A stretch of 64,000 bases of DNA from Pelagomonas calceolata (Eukaryota). Below, in pieces: positions 57,713-64,000 of this stretch. Made by a program: the position numbers and the translations under genes. The notes under the pieces were generated by a model. That model was not told where the DNA came from, searched no databases, and was given only the letters and a program-made list of their open reading frames with translations. The stretch's first letter is position 1. Each line of letters starts with the position of its first letter. Where the stretch lies: NCBI GenBank assembly GCA_918797485.1, contig CAKKNE010000001.1:4216001-4280000 (forward strand), read 5' to 3'.

Positions 57713-59287
57713 CTAGGCCCGGGCACGCTTGGACCCGAGTGGCATCATCGTGATGCCCCGGCGCTTCATCTTGGCCAACGGCTTCGCGCCGGGTCGCGCT
57801 TCTTGCAACGGCGACCACGGCGCGTCCGGCCTCGGCGTCGCCGCCCACGACGCGACGGGCGGCGGTGGCGCCCACGGCGCGGTCAGCTCCGGGCGCGCGG
57901 GCGGCGGCATCGGCACTGCCTCCTCGGCCGTCGGCCAGCGCTGCCAGAGCGCGGCCGTCGGCGCGGGCTCGGGAACCGCCGGCCAGCGCTGCCAGAGCGC
58001 AGCCGTCGCGGGCGCGGCCGTCGGCGCAGGCTCGGGCGCCGCGGGCTGCCAGAGCTCGGCCGTCGGCGCGGGCGCCGGCCGTTGCCAGAGCTCGGTCGTC
58101 GGCGCGGCGGCGGGCTCGGGCGCCGCGCGCTTCCGCGGGTCGTAGCGGAGAGGTAGGATGGATATGGGCCGGCGCTTGGCGCGCGCGAGGGGCCGCGGCT
58201 GCCGCGCCGGCGCGCGGTCGGCGAGGCGCGGGCGCGGGAGCTGCGCGGGCGACGGCGCGTGTCCGGGCGCCGCGGGCGAGAAGAGCCACTCCTCGTCCTC
58301 GGCCTCCTCGGCCGCCTCGGCCGCGCGCTGCTCCGCGACGAGGCGCTCCGCCGTCGCGCGCATCGGCGCGTCCAGGCCGGGCGTCGGCGGGACCCGGGGC
58401 GTCCCGCGGGGTTGCGGCAGGGGCGGCGGCGGCGAGGCCGGCGTCCGCGGCGTCCGGCGGCGCTGGGGCGAGTTCCGCGGCGTTCGGCGCGCAGGCGAGC
58501 GGGCCGGCGCCGGGGCGGGCGCTGGCGTCGCGCGGCGCGCCGGCGAGCGCCGGGGGATGCGCCGGGCCGGGGCCGGCGCCGGCGCGACCGCGGCGACGAG
58601 CGCCCGCAGCGGGGCCACGTCCATGCCGAGCAGACCGGCGTCCTCGGTCGCGGCGCCGCCGCCGGGCTGGTGCTCGTCGAGCGTCGCGGCGGCCGCGCGC
58701 AGCGTGGCCCGGCCCGCCGACGCGCGCAGCAGCGCCGAGACGTGGCCGTCCGCGTCGACGTCCGGCCGCTGCTCGTCGTCGGCCTCGATCGCGGCGTTGT
58801 CCACCGGCTCGAGGTCGGCGCACGTCAGCGCGAGGCCGAAGACCGCGGCGCGGCCGCGGTCCCGGCCGCGCCGCGGCGGCGCGTGCATCCGGTCGACGAC
58901 GACGCGCGCGCCGTGGAGCCGGAGGAGCGTGCCGACCGTGCTCTCGAGCGGCTGGCCCGCGTCCACGGTCGGCGGCACGAGCACGCGGCAGGTGTGGCGG
59001 CCGTCGCTGATCTGGAGCTCGCCGCCCCGGTTCTCGGCGTCGGCGTCGCGCGCGGCGACGACGCGCACGGTCTCGTAGCCCGGGCGCTCGCTCGTCGGCT
59101 GCGGCCGGCGCGCGACGTTCTCGAAGTGCGCGCAGAGCCATGCAGGCGACGCGCGCGGCGGCGCGGGCGGCTGGGCCGGCGGCTGCGTGTTGTCTTGGGT
59201 GTCCGCCTGGGTCTCCGGCTCGCGCGGCCGGCCTCTTGTTGGGGGGCGGCGGCGGCCGCCGCCCGCGCGGCCCTTTTGGCGCGGCAT
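57713..59287 (-). CDS. TPP1/Est3-like OB-fold protein with long low-complexity tail
   Basis: PAWL...VRVV...GELQISDGRHTCRVLV...VGTLLRL....VVV resembles the TPP1/Est3 (or RPA70N) OB fold. Confidence 0.55.
   Translation of the reverse strand: MPRQKGRAGGGRRRPPTRGRPREPETQADTQDNTQPPAQPPAPPRASPAWLCAHFENVARRPQPTSERPGYETVRVVAARDADAENRGGELQISDGRHTCRVLVPPTVDAGQPLESTVGTLLRLHGARVVVDRMHAPPRRGRDRGRAAVFGLALTCADLEPVDNAAIEADDEQRPDVDADGHVSALLRASAGRATLRAAAATLDEHQPGGGAATEDAGLLGMDVAPLRALVAAVAPAPAPARRIPRRSPARRATPAPAPAPARSPARRTPRNSPQRRRTPRTPASPPPPLPQPRGTPRVPPTPGLDAPMRATAERLVAEQRAAEAAEEAEDEEWLFSPAAPGHAPSPAQLPRPRLADRAPARQPRPLARAKRRPISILPLRYDPRKRAAPEPAAAPTTELWQRPAPAPTAELWQPAAPEPAPTAAPATAALWQRWPAVPEPAPTAALWQRWPTAEEAVPMPPPARPELTAPWAPPPPVASWAATPRPDAPWSPLQEARPGAKPLAKMKRRGITMMPLGSKRARA
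57927..58120 (-). repeat. Coding tandem repeat (about 4 units, PTxxLWQ(R/P)xxxxEPA)
   Basis: Repeated GCCAGAGC...GTCGGCGCGG units on the + strand. Confidence 0.75.
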
Positions 59288-59453
59288 ATGGCTTGTACGG
59301 CTTTGTACGCCCTCAATTTCTGCCGGGCCGGGTAGCGCGAGCAAGCAGGAGTCGGGAGAGATACTTGTACGCTGTAATTCGTGCTGGTTCGGCTCAGCGC
59401 GACCAGGCGCGCGCGGCCAACGTTTTTGCCGTTTCTAGTGTGTCGATACGCTA

Positions 59454-61229
59454 ATGATTTGGCTGGAGACGGTTTGTGAGGAATTTGAGCGGCACAACAG
59501 CCCCAGCGGGCAGGGGCTGCCTCTCCTAACCATGGACGTCGAGGCACCACCAAATGCTGCAGAGCGCATGAACCGTCCGTTGCTCCTGCGACGCATACTG
59601 TCGCGGCAGGACACCAAGGACCATGCGTTCAGGTGCAAAGCGATCTGTTTCATGTTCTGGTTCGGATTTGCGTATTTCGTCGGTCGGATTATCCTTTGGA
59701 TTATTTTCATCGTCGTGAATTTGGTGACCACGTCGGCCACTCACGTCGATATTGGCGTGTGGTGCGTTTTGTGGTTTTTGGTTTGCCAGGCGTGGGCCGT
59801 CGCGCTGGCCTGGCTCATCTATATGTGGACGGCGCGGCGACGAGCGCGAGCCGCAGCCCCCGTGGCCCCAAAGCCGGCGGCGGGGCAATCGCGGCCGACA
59901 CGTGAGCAGCTGAACAAAAGATTCGCGAGTTGGGTTGAGTACAGCTCAGAATCGGCCCATGCTGTTCTTTTTAGTTCGCTAGGAATGTGGCTGTCGCCGC
60001 ACTTTCCTACGATCCTTATATTCCTCTCTCTGTTCGTCATGGTCGGTGCGATATTCTCACTCCAACACAATTCCCTTGCCTACTGCGCAGTTCAGCTGAT
60101 GAATGGATTTGCAATTCTGGGCACGGGGCTTTTAGTGTTCGCGGGACGACGGCTTGCGGCGCGGGTGCTACTATTTGTTGCTTGCGCAGCGATGGCGGCG
60201 GCGAGCACCGGAGAAGCTGTCGTTTTGTTGGCACGGGGGCGGTCGGGGTATCATGTCGCGAATATGATCACGAATGTTCTATTCTGTGTCGCTGTTGGCA
60301 CGATCTTGTGCGTGTTTCCGCGATGGCATTCGTGGCGATTTAGCACGGCTTGTTTCCTGAGTTACTATTACGCCAGGGTCCTTGTTTGGGGCTTGTTCTT
60401 TGCGAAGCGGCAAACGGAGGTCTTGCAAACAGCCTTTTCCGCCCAATGCGACGTGGCCGCATTGGCGGCCTCCTGCATTTTGCTGGTGGAGATCAAATAC
60501 CGCGCCACCCTAAAGCGCGCGCACGAGATGGCCCGCGGCGACGCCAGCTCCTACGACGAGATCTGGAAGACGTTCGTCGCAGACGAGATTAAAATCAAGG
60601 CGCTCTCGAGCCTCGTCGACGCGTACAAAGCTGCCATGGCCGGCGCGGAGAAGCGGAGCAAGCGCCAGGCGGCGGCGAGCGTCGGTGATCTCTTCGACGG
60701 CGCCTACGCGCTCCAGCCCCTCGTTGTGGCGAAGGCAGAGGCTATCAGCGGCGACGCGGGCGTCGTCTACGGAAATACGAAGACGGTGGCGCGCGCGTTC
60801 CAGAAGGCGTGGCGGTCGTACGGAGGCGACTACCGAAGGCTCTGCGACGTCGTGCGGGTGTCCATCGCGTTCGAAACTATCGACGAACTGACGGCATGCC
60901 TCGAGCGCATCGTCGCCGACGACGAGCTCGAGCTCATCCCGCAAGGCATGGAAAAGTGTCGCTTCGATCCGGAATATGCTCCTTACGCCGGCCAATTCGT
61001 CGGCTACCGGGACTTGCAGCTAGGTGCGACATTCAAGTCAGCCGAGACGCGGGACCGGGGCCTCGACCAACACATCGTAGAGATACAGCTCCACTTGCGG
61101 GTCTTCGAGGCCATCAAGACGGGACACGTGACTGTCGGGTTGCCCGTCCACACAACAAATCTGGCGGGCTGGCGGATGGGGAGCGGCCACAGGACGTACG
61201 TGTCCTGTCGCAACCTGAGATGTAGCTAG
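59454..61229 (+). CDS. Multi-pass membrane protein with C-terminal RelA/SpoT-like nucleotidyltransferase domain (copy 1; start 59454 or 59532)
   Basis: About 8 hydrophobic segments, then KTVARAFQK, YGGD..RLCDVVRVS, GYRDLQL, HIVEIQL. Confidence 0.75.
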   Translation: MIWLETVCEEFERHNSPSGQGLPLLTMDVEAPPNAAERMNRPLLLRRILSRQDTKDHAFRCKAICFMFWFGFAYFVGRIILWIIFIVVNLVTTSATHVDIGVWCVLWFLVCQAWAVALAWLIYMWTARRRARAAAPVAPKPAAGQSRPTREQLNKRFASWVEYSSESAHAVLFSSLGMWLSPHFPTILIFLSLFVMVGAIFSLQHNSLAYCAVQLMNGFAILGTGLLVFAGRRLAARVLLFVACAAMAAASTGEAVVLLARGRSGYHVANMITNVLFCVAVGTILCVFPRWHSWRFSTACFLSYYYARVLVWGLFFAKRQTEVLQTAFSAQCDVAALAASCILLVEIKYRATLKRAHEMARGDASSYDEIWKTFVADEIKIKALSSLVDAYKAAMAGAEKRSKRQAAASVGDLFDGAYALQPLVVAKAEAISGDAGVVYGNTKTVARAFQKAWRSYGGDYRRLCDVVRVSIAFETIDELTACLERIVADDELELIPQGMEKCRFDPEYAPYAGQFVGYRDLQLGATFKSAETRDRGLDQHIVEIQLHLRVFEAIKTGHVTVGLPVHTTNLAGWRMGSGHRTYVSCRNLRCS

Positions 61230-63815
61230 CACTCGCTCCTACCTTCTGGGCTTTCTCTTCGTTCCCCGTTTTTCTTCTAACAACGTTTTAACTTTAAAAA
61301 CTCCCCCGAGCGCGCAAAAGCTGAATCCTAGCGTCGACACGCTAGCACGATCATCTCGTGCGCCTGTAAACGCTTCATTCAAGGGCTGCCAATCGCCGCG
61401 GCATTCACATAATAGGCAGCCCGCAACCAGCGCTAGCTGCAGCGGTGATCCGCAGCCACAGAGGATCAGGTGCTCACAATGCTTGCGCTGATCGCGCTGC
61501 TGCGTTACGCGGCTGCCACAACTACGCCGGGGCCGACAGCGTCGGTCCTGCCCCAGAAAGGGACGTGCCGACGCTGGGGTCATCCCGAGGCAGGCGAGTG
61601 GAATAAGGACTCGGATTGCTGCGCGATCGACATGCAGGCCGCGTGTGATACTAACTACCGCTACGTGAAGAGCGACGAGGTCTGCGGCTTCAGCGGACGA
61701 TGCCGGGAGTACCGCTACTCGTGCGTCCGCTGCGAGCCGGGCGAGGCGTGCGACAGCAACTACGACGTCGCGTACGAGGACGGCGAGGATCTGCGAGGAT
61801 CCCACTGCGAGGGTAGTCACTGGACGGCGTGCTACTTCATCTTGCCGCTCTACATATTCTTCCTCGGCTACACGCTGTGGCAGGTGAAGCGCCTGTCTAA
61901 GGACGGCAAGATGGCGGAGGCGAGGGACCTGTGGGAGACGAGCAGCAACGCCACGTTTGCCATCGTCTTCGTCTGCCTGGTCATGCACTTCCTCGCCCTG
62001 ATGTGGATGAATTTGGACTTGATCTTAAATCTACTCTACCTGTGCGTACTCCTCTTAGCTGTCCTCCCGAAAATCATGGCCTACTACGTGGAACGGTTGG
62101 TGCCGCCCGCGCCTGGGGGCGAGTCCAATGTGCGTGTCAAGCTCGGACTTTTCCCCGCTTTTTTGGGATTAGTGTACTTAATTGGCGCGGTGATATTGTT
62201 TATCATCTTACTCATCGTTTATTTCGTGACCATGTCGGTAACTCACGTGGATGTTGGCGTTTGGCTCGTTTTGTGGTTTTTGCTCACCCAGTCGTGGGGT
62301 GTCGCGCTGGCTTGGCTCATCGATATGCGGACGGCGCATCGGCAATCGCGAGCCGCAGAGCCCGTGGCCCCAAAGCCGGTGGCGGAGCAATCGCGTCCGA
62401 CGGTTCGGCAGCTAAACAAAAGGTTTGCAAGCTGGGTTGAGACGAGCTCAGAATCGGCCCATGCCGTGTTGTTCTCGTCGCTTGGCCTTTGGCTATCGCC
62501 GCACTTTCAAGTGGGGCTTGAAATGCTGATTGGGTTAGTCATGATTATTGCGATAATTGGTCTCTTGTTTGTTGCGTTTTTTAAACTTGCTCTCTGCGCG
62601 GCTTTGCTGATGGTAGGATTTGCACTTCTGGCCACGGCGCACTTATTGTCCATGGGACGACGGTTTGCGGCGCGGATGTTACTATTTGCTGCAATCTTAG
62701 CGAACGGGGCGGTGGGCATCAGAGAAGGTGTCGTCTTGCTGGGGCGGGGGCGGTCCGGGTACATTGTTGCGGATTTGATCATAGATCGTCTCATGTCTCT
62801 CGCTTGGGCCACCATCGTGTGCTTATTTCCGCGGTGGCATTCGTTTCGAGTTACCTTGGCTTATGTCCTCGGTTATTTTTACCATAAGTGCTTAATTTGG
62901 GGCTTGTTCTACGCGAAGCGGCAAAGTGTCCACCTGCAAAATATATTTTACTCTTGGTGTTTCCTAAGCGGGGGAGCGGTCGCATGCATTGTGCTAGTGG
63001 AGCTCAAATACAGAGGGACGCTCCGACACGCGCACGAGATGGCCCGCGCCGACGCCAGCTCCTACGACGAAATCTGGAAGACCTTCGTCGCGGACGAGAC
63101 GAAACTCAGAGCGCTCTCGGGCCTGGTCGACGCGTACAAAGCTGCCATGGCCGGCGCGGAGAAGCGGAGCAAGCGCCAGGCGGCAGCGAGCGTGGGCGCG
63201 CTCTTTGAAGATGCCTACGTGCTCCAGCCGCTCGTTGTCGCGAAGGCGGAGGCTATCGGTGGCGACGCAGGCGCCGTCGTGTACGGATCAACGAAGACCG
63301 TGGCGCGCGCGTTCCAGAAGGCGTGGCGGTCGTACGGAGGCGACTACCGAAGGCTCTGCGACGTCGTGCGGGTGTCCATCGCGTTCGAAACTATCGACGA
63401 ACTGACGGCATGCCTCGAGCGCATCGTCGCGGACGACGAACTCGAGCTCGTCCCGCAGGGCCTCGAGAAGTGTCGCTTCGATCCGGAATATGATCCATAC
63501 GCCGGCCAATTCGTCGGCTACCGGGACCTGCAGCTCGGCGCGAGGTTTCGGTCGGAGGCGACGCGGAAACAGGGTCTCGACCAACATGTCGTCGAGATAC
63601 AGCTCCACTTGCGGGTGTTCGAGGCCATCAAGCGGGGACACGTGACTGTCGGGTTGCCCGTCAACACAACAAATCTGGCGGACTGGCGGATGGGGAGCGG
63701 CCACAGGACGTACGTGTCCTGTCGCAACCTGAGATGTAGCTAGCACTCGCTCCTTCCTTTTGACATTTCTCCGTTCCCCGCGTTTCTTCTAACAATGTTT
63801 TAACTTAGAACTCCA
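59690..63815 (+). repeat. Tandem segmental duplication (about 59690-61305 vs 62190-63815)
   Basis: Shared coding sequence from ...VT.S.THVD.GVW to the stop, plus about 75 bp of 3' flank. Confidence 0.9.
61479..63743 (+). CDS. Signal peptide + Cys-rich ectodomain + multi-pass membrane + RelA/SpoT-like domain (copy 2)
   Basis: MLALIALLRYAAA leader; ten-Cys segment; extra TM helices; same enzyme motifs as copy 1. Confidence 0.78.
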   Translation: MLALIALLRYAAATTTPGPTASVLPQKGTCRRWGHPEAGEWNKDSDCCAIDMQAACDTNYRYVKSDEVCGFSGRCREYRYSCVRCEPGEACDSNYDVAYEDGEDLRGSHCEGSHWTACYFILPLYIFFLGYTLWQVKRLSKDGKMAEARDLWETSSNATFAIVFVCLVMHFLALMWMNLDLILNLLYLCVLLLAVLPKIMAYYVERLVPPAPGGESNVRVKLGLFPAFLGLVYLIGAVILFIILLIVYFVTMSVTHVDVGVWLVLWFLLTQSWGVALAWLIDMRTAHRQSRAAEPVAPKPVAEQSRPTVRQLNKRFASWVETSSESAHAVLFSSLGLWLSPHFQVGLEMLIGLVMIIAIIGLLFVAFFKLALCAALLMVGFALLATAHLLSMGRRFAARMLLFAAILANGAVGIREGVVLLGRGRSGYIVADLIIDRLMSLAWATIVCLFPRWHSFRVTLAYVLGYFYHKCLIWGLFYAKRQSVHLQNIFYSWCFLSGGAVACIVLVELKYRGTLRHAHEMARADASSYDEIWKTFVADETKLRALSGLVDAYKAAMAGAEKRSKRQAAASVGALFEDAYVLQPLVVAKAEAIGGDAGAVVYGSTKTVARAFQKAWRSYGGDYRRLCDVVRVSIAFETIDELTACLERIVADDELELVPQGLEKCRFDPEYDPYAGQFVGYRDLQLGARFRSEATRKQGLDQHVVEIQLHLRVFEAIKRGHVTVGLPVNTTNLADWRMGSGHRTYVSCRNLRCS

Positions 63816-64000
63816 TCCCCCCGAGGTCCATCCCCCCCAGGTCCATCCCCTCGAACGCGCCGGAAGCCATCTCAGCGAAGCCGCCGAGCCCCTCAAACAG
63901 GCCCCCCGCGCCCTCGGCGATCGTCCCGACGACGCTGCCGATATTCCCGAAGACGCTCCCGACGGCGTTCGCGGCGCCACTGATGTTGATGTTGCCGACG
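63805..64000 (-). CDS. 3' end of a gene running in from the right edge (Gly-rich, ...GMDLGGMDLGGMEF*)
   Basis: Open minus frame from the window end to TAA (tta 63805-07). Confidence 0.6.
   Translation of the reverse strand, partial: VGNINISGAANAVGSVFGNIGSVVGTIAEGAGGLFEGLGGFAEMASGAFEGMDLGGMDLGGMEF

Noticed and set aside
57927..58120. Repeat-spacer-like pattern (CRISPR?)
   Set aside because: Degenerate in-frame coding repeat in a eukaryotic gene; no cas genes.
57417..59553. Multiple long overlapping ORFs in nearly all frames
   Set aside because: GC-rich shadow frames; only 57713-59287 (-) contains a domain-like segment.
1..64000. Autonomous transposon, tRNA or rRNA genes
   Set aside because: No transposase, reverse transcriptase or integrase motifs and no recognisable tRNA or rRNA structure seen by eye.

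Overview
A gene-dense, very GC/CpG-rich and almost intronless eukaryotic genomic segment of about 35 protein-coding genes. Composition, stramenopile-type bipartite targeting peptides, flagellar genes, a selenoprotein and introner-like introns point to a pelagophyte alga such as Pelagomonas (inference). Recognisable genes include SDHAF3, KH/WW, WD40, ELYS-like, MgtE, CFAP74, a Ycf45-like ATPase, MscS, RBM34, CCCH, P4H, ABCC, RNase Z, TMEM208, FKBP, R2R3-MYB, proteasome beta5-like, GlmS-like and TPP1-like proteins. Highlights: (1) a tandem pair of multi-pass membrane proteins fused to a RelA/SpoT-like (alarmone synthetase-like) nucleotidyltransferase domain, with near-identical enzyme domains but diverged membrane parts; (2) a GW-repeat + zf-XS-like + Ycf45-type ATPase fusion; (3) a UxxC selenoprotein split in the ORF track, with a SECIS element in its 3'UTR; (4) a ~22-bp intergenic CTAG...CTAG motif recurring in one orientation; (5) an intron with terminal inverted repeats and a shared intronic motif; (6) a proteasome beta5 homolog with a signal peptide. 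All assignments are by eye; no searches were run.
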